A DNA stretch of 64,000 nucleotides, taken from the NCBI GenBank assembly GCA_963710755.1, contig CAVQBK010000001.1:192001-256000 (forward strand), in the 5' to 3' direction. This document shows positions 30,997 through 39,856 of this stretch, one piece after another; the stretch's first letter is position 1; every line of letters begins with the position of its first letter. The notes beneath the pieces were generated by a model. That model was not told the origin of the DNA. It did no database searches and saw only the letters and a list, made by a program, of their open reading frames with translations. The stretch is from an uncultured bacterium (GTDB lineage Bacteria > Oederibacteriota > JAAXVQ01 > JAUVAV01). The position numbers and the translations under genes were made by a program.

Positions 30997-33936
30997 TTGA
31001 GCAATGCAGCCGTTCCCTCCAATTTAAAGCCCATCCTGGACGAGTTGAATGAAGAACAACTGGCTGCGGTGACGCATAAACAAGGGCCCCAGCTGGTGGT
31101 AGCCGGCGCCGGTACAGGCAAAACCGCGGTGATCACACGCCGCATCGCCTACCTGGTCAGTGCCAAACTGTGTGCTCCCAAAAACATTCTTGCCCTGACC
31201 TTTACCGATAAAGCCGCCGAAGAGATGGAGAGCAGGGTTGACCTTTTGGTACCCTATGGGTTTACGGACAGCACCATTTGCACCTTTCACGCCTTTGGCG
31301 ATAAAGTGCTCCGTGAAGCCGGATTTCTTTTGGGCTTAACCCCGGCTTACCGGGTGCTTTCCACCTCAGAGCAACTCATTTTTCTAAGGGAACATTTATT
31401 TAAATTGCCCCTGCAACGGCTGCGTCCTCTGTCCAATCCCACCAAACATTTGCAGATCATCTTGTCCATTATTTCCCGGGCCAAGGATGAAGATGTCACC
31501 CCTGAGGTCTATCTGGATTATTGCCGGCAATGGGAAGACCGGCTCGCCCCGGAGGCTGAGGCAGCCGAACAATTGGCTCTGGAGAAACAACTGGAGCTTG
31601 CCAATATCTATGCGGCCTACCAACGATTAATGCTGGAACAGGGGTTTGTGGATTTTGGTGATCTTATCACTTTGACACTCCAGCTGTTGCGCCAACATCC
31701 TGATGTGCTCGCCGACTTGCGTCAACAATACCGCTATATTCTGGTGGATGAATTTCAGGATACCAATGCCGCCCAATTTGAACTTATTAGATTACTGGCA
31801 GGTGATGAGGCGAATATCACCGTCGTGGGAGATGACGATCAGAGTATTTATAAATTTCGGGGAGCCGCCATCTCCAATATTTTACAGTTCCGGCAATTCT
31901 ATCCAAACTGCACCCTCAGGGTGCTGGTTCATAATTACCGCTCCACCCAACCTGTCCTGGACACGGCTTACACCTTGATCCGCCACAATGACCCGCACCG
32001 GTTGGAAGTCATGCACCATCTGAACAAACGGTTACGCGCCGCCAAACCCGGCGGCATTCCGGTGGTGCAAATGCGCTTTGATACGGTTTCTTCAGAATCG
32101 GACTGGGTGGCGGATCAACTTTTCAAACATAAAACGGAGCATCAACTCACCTGGTCCGATATGGCCATCCTGGTGCGGGCCAAAAAACAGGCCGAACCTT
32201 TTTTAAGGGCCCTTAACATTAAGAACATCCCTTTTCGCTTCTCCGGCAATCAAGGGTTGTACAAACGCCCGGAAGTTAAGTGTTGTACGGCCTTCTTAAG
32301 ACTGCTCGCCGACCCGGGCAATCCTTTGGCGTTCCATGAATTGGCATCTTCCGTGGTTTACGACCTGCCTGGTGAGGATCTGGCCCTCATCGCGGCCACC
32401 AGCAATAAAACCAACTGTTCCATGCTGGAGGTGTTGCAGCGTTCCCTGGCCGCTCAGGAAAAAGCCTTATCCGAGCCCGGGCAGAGCATTGGCCAATGCC
32501 TCGTCGCTGATATTCATCATTACTTGGAATTGGCCAAGCGTTTGTCAGCCGGCCAGGTACTCTACCGATTTTTAACTGAGAGCGGCCTGCTGCTTAAATA
32601 TAATGAGCATCAAAGCCAACACGCCGATCTAATAATTAAAAATATCGCCAAGTTTTTCGAGGTCGTCCGCCGTTTCGAACAATTGGCACCGTCCGATAAA
32701 GTTTTGTATTTTGTGCAGCATATGGACTTGTTGGAGGAAATAGGAGATGATCCCACGGTCTCCGAAATGGATCCGGAGGTCGATGCGGTCCACGTCCTGA
32801 CCGTACATCGGGCTAAAGGACTGGAGTTTCCGGTTGTGTTTATGGTGGGGTTGGCCGCCAATAAATTTCCGGCCGTTGGCAGAACGTCCTCCTTGGGATT
32901 TCCGTCGGAACTGGCCAAAGAAGATATGCCTCTGGAAGATCAGGTCCTGGCAGAAGAAAGGCGCCTTTTCTATGTGGCCATGACGCGCGCCAAAGAACGG
33001 CTGATCATGACGTCAGCCAAAGATTACGGCGGCAAACGTTCCTACAAACGCTCGCGGTTTGTCATGGAAGCCCTGGAGAACCTGCAGAACGAGGAACAAT
33101 TCATGACCGCTTCACCCCTGGAACGCCTCCAAGGCTATGCGCCCTTGGCCGTTAACGAGCCCCAGGAGCTCAAGCCCATGAGCAGCCAGGACCAGCTCAC
33201 CCTGTCTTATTACCAGATGGATGATTATCAGGCTTGTCCATTAAAATATAAATACGGTCATCTGCTTAAAATTCCGGTTTTACCTCATCATAGTGTTTTT
33301 TATGGCAATGCTCTGCACCTGGCCATCAGTGAATATTTTCGCCGTCAACTGCAGCGCCAATCCATGACCGTGGAGGAGATCGAGGCAGTATTTTTAAAAG
33401 CATGGGTCAACCAGGGATTTATTTCCCGCGAACATGAAGAAAGCCGTCAGCAGGCCGGGTTGGCAGCCTTGCGGCGTTTTGTGGACAAAGAACACCGTAT
33501 GCCCAGTACGCCCACCTTTATTGAAAAGTCCTTCAGTTTTCAATTAGGGGCCAATAAAATCGTGGGGCGTATGGACCGTGTGGACCAACTGCGCGATGGT
33601 CAGGTAGTCATCGTGGATTTCAAAAGCAGCGAAGTGCTGGATCAGTCCGAAGCTGACAAAAAAGCAGCTGATAGCCGTCAGCTGGACTTGTATAGTTTAG
33701 CTTGGCGTGCCATGACCGGGATCACCCCGGCTTCACTGCAGCTGCATTTTATCGAAAGCGGATTGGTGGGATGTACGGAACCCAAACCTGCCAAGATGGA
33801 CAAGATTATGACCATGATCGAGACCGTATCTAAAGGAATCAGGGCCCGCCAGTTTAAGGCCACCCCCAGTGCTTGGACATGTTATTATTGTTCCTATCGT
33901 TCCATTTGTCCTGAGGCAGAACGATCGTCGATTTAA
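30997..33936 (+). CDS. UvrD/PcrA-like SF1A helicase fused to a PD-(D/E)XK nuclease with 4-Cys Fe-S staple (AddA/Adn-like)
   Basis: AGAGTGKT, DEFQD, VGDDDQSIYKFRGA, EERRLFYVAMTRAK; GRMDRVD..IVDFKS..QLDLY; QACP and CYYCSYRSIC. Confidence 0.9.
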   Translation: MSNAAVPSNLKPILDELNEEQLAAVTHKQGPQLVVAGAGTGKTAVITRRIAYLVSAKLCAPKNILALTFTDKAAEEMESRVDLLVPYGFTDSTICTFHAFGDKVLREAGFLLGLTPAYRVLSTSEQLIFLREHLFKLPLQRLRPLSNPTKHLQIILSIISRAKDEDVTPEVYLDYCRQWEDRLAPEAEAAEQLALEKQLELANIYAAYQRLMLEQGFVDFGDLITLTLQLLRQHPDVLADLRQQYRYILVDEFQDTNAAQFELIRLLAGDEANITVVGDDDQSIYKFRGAAISNILQFRQFYPNCTLRVLVHNYRSTQPVLDTAYTLIRHNDPHRLEVMHHLNKRLRAAKPGGIPVVQMRFDTVSSESDWVADQLFKHKTEHQLTWSDMAILVRAKKQAEPFLRALNIKNIPFRFSGNQGLYKRPEVKCCTAFLRLLADPGNPLAFHELASSVVYDLPGEDLALIAATSNKTNCSMLEVLQRSLAAQEKALSEPGQSIGQCLVADIHHYLELAKRLSAGQVLYRFLTESGLLLKYNEHQSQHADLIIKNIAKFFEVVRRFEQLAPSDKVLYFVQHMDLLEEIGDDPTVSEMDPEVDAVHVLTVHRAKGLEFPVVFMVGLAANKFPAVGRTSSLGFPSELAKEDMPLEDQVLAEERRLFYVAMTRAKERLIMTSAKDYGGKRSYKRSRFVMEALENLQNEEQFMTASPLERLQGYAPLAVNEPQELKPMSSQDQLTLSYYQMDDYQACPLKYKYGHLLKIPVLPHHSVFYGNALHLAISEYFRRQLQRQSMTVEEIEAVFLKAWVNQGFISREHEESRQQAGLAALRRFVDKEHRMPSTPTFIEKSFSFQLGANKIVGRMDRVDQLRDGQVVIVDFKSSEVLDQSEADKKAADSRQLDLYSLAWRAMTGITPASLQLHFIESGLVGCTEPKPAKMDKIMTMIETVSKGIRARQFKATPSAWTCYYCSYRSICPEAERSSI

Positions 33937-33943
33937 ATGAACA

Positions 33944-33975
33944 TTGTAGGGAACGGTCGCGACCGTTCCCTACAA
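33944..33975. repeat. Perfect 32-bp GTAG-type REP palindrome
   Basis: TTGTAGGGAACGGTCG-CGACCGTTCCCTACAA is exactly self-complementary. Confidence 0.85.
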
Positions 33976-33994
33976 GAGAGGTGATTTCTTTAAA

Positions 33995-35200
33995 ATGAAA
34001 AAAGTGTTTTCCAAAACCATAGGGCCATTATCCACTGTCTTGCTGGTGGTGTTAATGGCCGGCTGCAGCACCACCATGCGGCTGCGCTCCACCTATCATC
34101 CCTTGCTGCCCAACGCCCAGGAAGCCCGGGAATGGTTGAAAAACATAAGGGTGGCCATTGCCAAGCATTGCCAGGAAGCCCTAATCCTTTCCGATGCGCC
34201 GGTCAGCGTCTACGATATGAATACGCGCCAAAAATTAATGACCCTTGATACTGCCCTGGAGCCGCGATGGAGCTTGAAAGGCCGTCACCTATGGACAGGA
34301 AGCCACCTCTATTCGGCCGCCGAAATCCGGCTGGTACCGCTGGCCGGTCATTATTTGTCGGTCAATGGAGTACCTTATCGCGGCCAACTCAGCTTGTTGC
34401 CCAACAGCGAGAACGGTTTGACGGTCATCAATATTCTGCCACTCGACGACTATCTGCAAGGGGTGGTCCCCAACGAAATGCGGGCCCAATGGCCCTTGGA
34501 GGCACTCAAAGCGCAAGCGCTGGCTGCCCGTTCCTTTGCTGTATATAAGATGAGCGGCAGGCGAAACGCGGACTTTGATCTGGACGCCACCGTCAACAGT
34601 CAGGTTTATCGCGGCATGGCTTCCGAACAGGCCTCAACCAATGAAGCTGTTCAGCAAACCCACAATCTGATTGTGGCCTATCAGCAGCAGGTAATCGCCG
34701 CATTTTATCATTCCAACTGCGGAGGCCATACGGCGGATGTTCGCGATGTGTGGGGAGGAAACTATGCTTATCTTCAAGGTGTAGCCTGCACCTATTGCCG
34801 GCAAGGACCGCATTTCACTTGGTCTTTTGACCTCTCCAAATCACAAATGCAAAAATTGTTTACTCGTTATCATCAGGACTGCCGGGATATAAAAAATGTA
34901 CGCATCTTGTCACGCGACCACAGTGGCCGTGTGCAAAAACTCCAGATACGGCATAGCGGTGGATCATTTGAAATGCAAGGAGCAGCCTTCAGGATGATGG
35001 TTGGAGCGGATAAAATCCGCAGTACCCATTTTGATCTTAGTGATCAGGGGCCGGTGTTACATTTCACGGGCCAGGGATGGGGGCATGGGGTGGGCCTGTG
35101 TCAGGAAGGCGCCAAAGGCATGGCGGAACAGGGCGCTAGGGCGGAAGCCATTATCCGTTATTATTATCCCGGCACCATTCTGGTCAGCCTGGGCCTGTAA
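33995..35200 (+). CDS. SpoIID/LytB-domain lipoprotein (lytic transglycosylase-like)
   Basis: Lipobox MAGC; YLQGVVPNEM, EALKAQALAARS, SQVYRG, YHSNCGG, GWGHGVGLCQ.GA. Confidence 0.92.
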   Translation: MKKVFSKTIGPLSTVLLVVLMAGCSTTMRLRSTYHPLLPNAQEAREWLKNIRVAIAKHCQEALILSDAPVSVYDMNTRQKLMTLDTALEPRWSLKGRHLWTGSHLYSAAEIRLVPLAGHYLSVNGVPYRGQLSLLPNSENGLTVINILPLDDYLQGVVPNEMRAQWPLEALKAQALAARSFAVYKMSGRRNADFDLDATVNSQVYRGMASEQASTNEAVQQTHNLIVAYQQQVIAAFYHSNCGGHTADVRDVWGGNYAYLQGVACTYCRQGPHFTWSFDLSKSQMQKLFTRYHQDCRDIKNVRILSRDHSGRVQKLQIRHSGGSFEMQGAAFRMMVGADKIRSTHFDLSDQGPVLHFTGQGWGHGVGLCQEGAKGMAEQGARAEAIIRYYYPGTILVSLGL

Positions 35201-35203
35201 AGC

Positions 35204-36244
35204 ATGGAGGCCAAAGATTTCGATTATAGGTTGCCGGAGCATCTAATCGCTCAACACGCCCTGCGCCGCGGGCAATCCCGGCTCATGGTGGTCAACCGCG
35301 CCCTCGGCACCATCACCCATCAACGCTTTAATCAGCTCGCCCAGTGGTTTGATCCCGGCGATTGTCTGGTGGTCAATGATAGTAAAGTCATGCCTGCTCG
35401 TTTCTGGGCGGTCAAAGTTGAAACACAAGCTAAAATTGAATTTTTACTTCATCAGCATATCGCCCCGGGAGAGTGGACAGCCCTGGCCAAGCCAGTTCGA
35501 CGATTGTCTCCTGGGACCAGGTTACAAGCCGGACCTTATGAGTTTTCAGTAAAAACCATCGGGCAACACGGGCAAGTTGTGCTGGGTTTCGCGTCCGCCC
35601 GTCAGTCCCGGCAGGTGCTGAAGCAGTATGGCGTCTTGCCTCTTCCGCCCTATATCAAACGTCAGGTTAAGGCTAAGCGAGACGAAGCCGCTCAAGACCG
35701 CCGCCGATACCAGACGCTTTTTGCCCGCCATGGGGGTTCGGTGGCTGCGCCTACAGCAGGGCTTCATTTTTCTCCAGGACTCACCCAGCGTTTGCAGTCC
35801 CAGGGTATCGCCATTAGTCCTGTTACCTTACATGTGGGGTGGGGCACTTTTGCAGCTTTACCAGAAGGACCCTTGAATGAGGTTAAATTGCATACAGAAT
35901 ACTTCAATATTAGCCAGGAAACAGCCGATCATATTAATGCATGCAAACACGAGGGGCATAAAGTGGTCGCTTGTGGTACCACCGTGACCAGGACCCTGGA
36001 GGCCAACAGTACTGCAGCCGGCACGATAACCCCGGGGCAGGGTGCGACTAATATCTTTATCAAACCGGGTTATCATTGGAAGGTGGTAGATCATTTGATT
36101 ACCAATTTCCATCTGCCCAAGTCGTCCTTGCTAATGTTGGTAGCCGCTTTTGCCGGCAAAGAACTGACGATGAAGGCCTATCAGGAAGCGGTTAATGAGG
36201 GCTATCGATTTTTCAGTTATGGTGATGCCATGCTCATCCTCTGA
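35204..36244 (+). CDS. queA: SAM:tRNA ribosyltransferase-isomerase
   Basis: FDY.LP..LIAQ, PLPPYI, GSVAAPTAGLHF, TNFHLPKSSL, YRFFSYGDAMLI. Confidence 0.97.
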   Translation: MEAKDFDYRLPEHLIAQHALRRGQSRLMVVNRALGTITHQRFNQLAQWFDPGDCLVVNDSKVMPARFWAVKVETQAKIEFLLHQHIAPGEWTALAKPVRRLSPGTRLQAGPYEFSVKTIGQHGQVVLGFASARQSRQVLKQYGVLPLPPYIKRQVKAKRDEAAQDRRRYQTLFARHGGSVAAPTAGLHFSPGLTQRLQSQGIAISPVTLHVGWGTFAALPEGPLNEVKLHTEYFNISQETADHINACKHEGHKVVACGTTVTRTLEANSTAAGTITPGQGATNIFIKPGYHWKVVDHLITNFHLPKSSLLMLVAAFAGKELTMKAYQEAVNEGYRFFSYGDAMLIL

Positions 36245-36441
36245 TGCCGGTGATAGCTAGTGGCAAAATGCCGACCATTATGAGCAGGCTTAGAGGGGCA
36301 TTTGATGAAACTGGTAATCCCCGGCACCCCTAGCGGATGGATCACGCCCGATGTGCAAAAGAAATGGATAGTTGTGGTCTAGGTCGATGGGGTTGGACGG
36401 AGTAGGGTGAAAATAAAATACAATGGGGCAAAGGATAACCC

Positions 36442-38541
36442 ATGGCAATTAAGCAACAAGGGCCATCACACATTTCCACAACGGGGTTGAAGCAGGTGCA
36501 GCGATATTTTATATCTGCGCACCAGCGACTTGGTGCTGCGCTGCTTGCAGCCCTGGGTCAACCTGAGGTCTACCGCGGCCCTCTTAAAAAACATTTCAAA
36601 AAAAAGGATTTCCAATCTTTTGGGGAAGCATTTTTTATGGGGCTGCTTTCCTTGGCCCAAAGCCTGACTCATCACAGCCAGGACAAGGCGGGCGGAATGG
36701 CCCGAACTTTTTTGGAAAAAAACTTGGATTTGACCATTCCTTTTGAAGCCTATCAGTCCGTTCTGGATCAGCTTAAAATCACCTTTCAAAGCTTGGTACG
36801 CAAGGAAAAAGGAACAGCCCCACTTGCCAAATGGGCCTCCACCATAGATCATCTCTGGATGCAGGGAACCATTGCCATTTCCACCATTTATATTCGCGCC
36901 TGCCAACAATTAATCAAGGAAAAAAACACAGAAAGCGCCCTGCTGTTTCATACCACCCAGAGTCTTGCCATTGATTTGAATTTGGAATCTTTAATGCAAA
37001 AAATGGTCTTTCATGCCGGGCTGCTGCTGAAAAAGAACAATGTCTTTATCTGGATGGAGCAAAGCAACGGTATAAAAAACAACCCCAAAAAAGAACTGGT
37101 CCTGCGCGCCTCCAATCTACCTGCAGATGAGCAGGCATTAAATGCCGTGGCTTATGGAGAAGGTGTTCTAGGACAGGCGGCGGCACTTCAAAAACCCATG
37201 CGGGACAACCACTATGATTTAAAACCTAAAAATCAAAAACCTTCCGTACTGGCCTCAGCCGACAAGATTATGGTGGTGCCTATTATTTATGCTCAGGAAT
37301 TGCTGGGGCTGATGGTGGTGAGTGAGAAGAAAAGTGGCCGCCAGTTTAATTTGATGGACCAGGAGTTGTTGGCCACCTTTGCCAAGCAAATCGCAGTTGT
37401 GTTTAAGAACGTGCTGCTTTTCCAGGAGCAATCCAAAAACACGGAACAACTGGAAATGAAGAATAAAATGCTGGAAGCCCAGGCGGATATGATTCTTCGG
37501 AAAACGGCCCAGTTAGTGGTCTTGAATGAGGTTTCGCAAAACATTAATTCCAGTCTCGATCTGGAAGAGGTGCTGGAATTGCTGGCTAAGCAAAGCGCCC
37601 AAAGCATCGGCGTCAACCGCTGCGTGGTATGGCTCCTTGATGATAATAAAGTGGGACTACACGCTGCAGCAGCCTTTGGGGTGGAAAAAGAAATCCTGAG
37701 CGTGCTGCATTTGCACATCGACGATATGCGGGATACTGTTTTTTTTACCACACTTTCCCAACTCAAACCGGTTCAGCTTTGTACCCAGGAAGACAAAGCG
37801 GTCTTTAAAAAGATATTAAAAAATCAACTGACTGCTCATAATGCGCTGTTGGTGCCCATGATTTTAAAGGATGAAGCCATAGGTATTCTCATGGTGAATG
37901 ATACCCGGGAACAGCATGAATTTCTTGAAGATGAAATCACCCTGATCAGTGCGGTTGCCAACCAAACGGTTATGGCCGTGGCCAATGCCCAATTGTACAA
38001 AAAGGTGATGCAGCAGGCGATCACCGACGGCATGACCGGTCTTTACAACCATCGTTTCTTCCAGTTGCGTTTGAGTGATGAATATAATCACGCCAAGCGC
38101 TATGGTGTTGATCTGTCTGTTTTAATGATGGATATCGATTTCTTTAAAAAATTTAATGATACTTACGGCCATATGGCAGGAGACTTGGTACTTAAGGAGA
38201 TCGCCGGACTGGTCAAATCTCTGGTCCGGGAAAATGATATTGTCGCCCGCTACGGCGGGGAAGAGTTTGTCGTGATCTTGCCCATGACCAATCAATTGGG
38301 CGCCGAGGTGGTGGCCGAACGCATTCGGGCTTCCGTGGCGGAATGCCTTTTTTACGGTAGCATTGACAATCCGCAAGTGGGCATGAGTGTTTCCATTGGC
38401 GTGGCAGGACTAAACGGCCGCGGTCCGGATCTGGCGCCCAGGGACACCCTAATCAAACAGGCTGATGATGCCCTTTACGTGGCCAAAGCCAGAGGCCGTA
38501 ATCAGGTGGTGGTTTATGAGGCCTCGATGGACAATAATTGA
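36442..38541 (+). CDS. Diguanylate cyclase (helical N-terminal domain, 2x GAF, GGDEF)
   Basis: DIDFFKKFNDTYGH..GD, I-site REND and A-site GGEEF, ADDALYVAK..GRN; two GAF-like segments. Confidence 0.92.
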   Translation: MAIKQQGPSHISTTGLKQVQRYFISAHQRLGAALLAALGQPEVYRGPLKKHFKKKDFQSFGEAFFMGLLSLAQSLTHHSQDKAGGMARTFLEKNLDLTIPFEAYQSVLDQLKITFQSLVRKEKGTAPLAKWASTIDHLWMQGTIAISTIYIRACQQLIKEKNTESALLFHTTQSLAIDLNLESLMQKMVFHAGLLLKKNNVFIWMEQSNGIKNNPKKELVLRASNLPADEQALNAVAYGEGVLGQAAALQKPMRDNHYDLKPKNQKPSVLASADKIMVVPIIYAQELLGLMVVSEKKSGRQFNLMDQELLATFAKQIAVVFKNVLLFQEQSKNTEQLEMKNKMLEAQADMILRKTAQLVVLNEVSQNINSSLDLEEVLELLAKQSAQSIGVNRCVVWLLDDNKVGLHAAAAFGVEKEILSVLHLHIDDMRDTVFFTTLSQLKPVQLCTQEDKAVFKKILKNQLTAHNALLVPMILKDEAIGILMVNDTREQHEFLEDEITLISAVANQTVMAVANAQLYKKVMQQAITDGMTGLYNHRFFQLRLSDEYNHAKRYGVDLSVLMMDIDFFKKFNDTYGHMAGDLVLKEIAGLVKSLVRENDIVARYGGEEFVVILPMTNQLGAEVVAERIRASVAECLFYGSIDNPQVGMSVSIGVAGLNGRGPDLAPRDTLIKQADDALYVAKARGRNQVVVYEASMDNN

Positions 38542-38576
38542 GTTTGTGACGATGGCGGGGAATGCCAGGACACGGA

Positions 38577-39155
38577 TTAATAAGTCACTTCGATCTGCCA
38601 GCGCCATCCGCCCGCTGGCGTAAAAGGTATATCAGTCGAGATCTTAATACAACACTTCCCGGTCAATTCAATCAGTCCTTCCAAATAACCAGCTAAATAT
38701 TGACGCAAAGTATTGTTCATTTCAAGATTATTACGTATCACGAAATCAAACTTTTTAGTCTTTCCTGTGTTTATCTGGTTTTCCACTGCCGCATCGCCGG
38801 TATCATTGTATTGTTTCCAGAGGGCAGCCATTTTTTTCACTACATAGTCGGAGGTGGTGAAATGAAAAAACACTTTATAAATGCCCCTGATGTCATTAAT
38901 GGCGATCGATTTGCCCAGGCAACGGAAAGGATTGGGCTTGTTTGGAAAAAGCATCTTGGCGGCCAAGTATAGAGGCGACTCTTCTTCAGGGACATCATAA
39001 CTTTCAACCCAAGAAACCGGCAGAGCGTAGAGGTAAATATTCCTGGTTTTGGGATGGAGACGCTTTAAAAAGTCCTCCTCAAAGGCCGCACCCTTGGCCC
39101 GGATTAGTTGGCGTATGCCTACGTAAAATACTCCTTTGTGTCTGCCCATAGTCAT
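38577..39155 (-). CDS. Hypothetical protein, DUF2378/TIGR02265-like (4VR/HNOB-related fold suspected)
   Basis: KG.F......I....G...FL.RL....R...LP.SW pattern, LWKQYNDTG, GYLEGLIELTG; family assignment from memory only. Confidence 0.55.
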   Translation of the reverse strand: MTMGRHKGVFYVGIRQLIRAKGAAFEEDFLKRLHPKTRNIYLYALPVSWVESYDVPEEESPLYLAAKMLFPNKPNPFRCLGKSIAINDIRGIYKVFFHFTTSDYVVKKMAALWKQYNDTGDAAVENQINTGKTKKFDFVIRNNLEMNNTLRQYLAGYLEGLIELTGKCCIKISTDIPFTPAGGWRWQIEVTY

Positions 39156-39386
39156 CCTGCCTTTCCGACGTGCCTGGAGTGGATAATAATGCTTTAAAAT
39201 AGAGTTATATTACTGCCTTTAGCCACAATGAAGGCCATGCTTTAGTTTGAGTCACTTTTTAAGCTTAATAGGTCACTTCCACTTAGAAATTGCTCTTCAG
39301 AGACGGTTCCCTTAGTCCGGATTAAATGACGCAAACCCACATAAATAACTCCTTTATGCCGTGCCATGTAAAGACCCCTTCCTGAC

Positions 39387-39404
39387 GCGACCCAATTGGG
39401 TCGC
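39387..39404. repeat. Perfect 18-bp palindrome in a divergent intergenic region
   Basis: GCGACCCAA-TTGGGTCGC. Confidence 0.6.
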
Positions 39405-39690
39405 AGTTTGTATAAATGCCGCGTCTTTGGTTATTATCGAACCAGGATTGACCATGGTTAACCGCCATCGCGATTTATTTTATTTCTTTTCCGGAAGTAC
39501 CTGAAAAACAGACGCTTAGCTGGCTGGTCTTTTTATTCAACGGGGCTGGATAATGGCTTAAAAGATTTGCTTTCATCAGGACGCAATATAGCTCACAACT
39601 AACCGGCAGTGGGTATAAGATTCCGGTGTCTGGCAACAAATAATTTTACGGGCTGTCAAAACGGTTGCATCTGGGCGGAGACTATTTAAC

Positions 39691-39720
39691 TTGCTGCCCA
39701 GAAAGGGCAAATGTTATAAT
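39691..39720 (+). promoter_or_regulatory. Extended -10 promoter of the KaiC-REC operon
   Basis: TTGCTG, 18-nt spacer, TATAAT (39715-39720) with TG at 39712-39713; TGCCC-N5-GGGCA inverted repeat in the spacer region. Confidence 0.65.
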
Positions 39721-39733
39721 CTGGCTATATTAT

Positions 39734-39779
39734 AAAATACCGGGTAGGGGTGTGGTGTGCTCCTACCCGGTATTTTGTT
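39734..39779 (+). terminator. Strong terminator-like hairpin in the leader of the KaiC-like gene
   Basis: 17-bp stem AAAATACCGGGTAGGGG/CTCCTACCCGGTATTTT (one G-U) ending in TTTTGTT. Confidence 0.6.
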
Positions 39780-39856
39780 CCGGGCGCTGAAGATAATCAT
39801 CTCTCCATACGCTTCACGTTCTCGGAATAAATCATTTCCAGATGAGGTGGTCAAGG

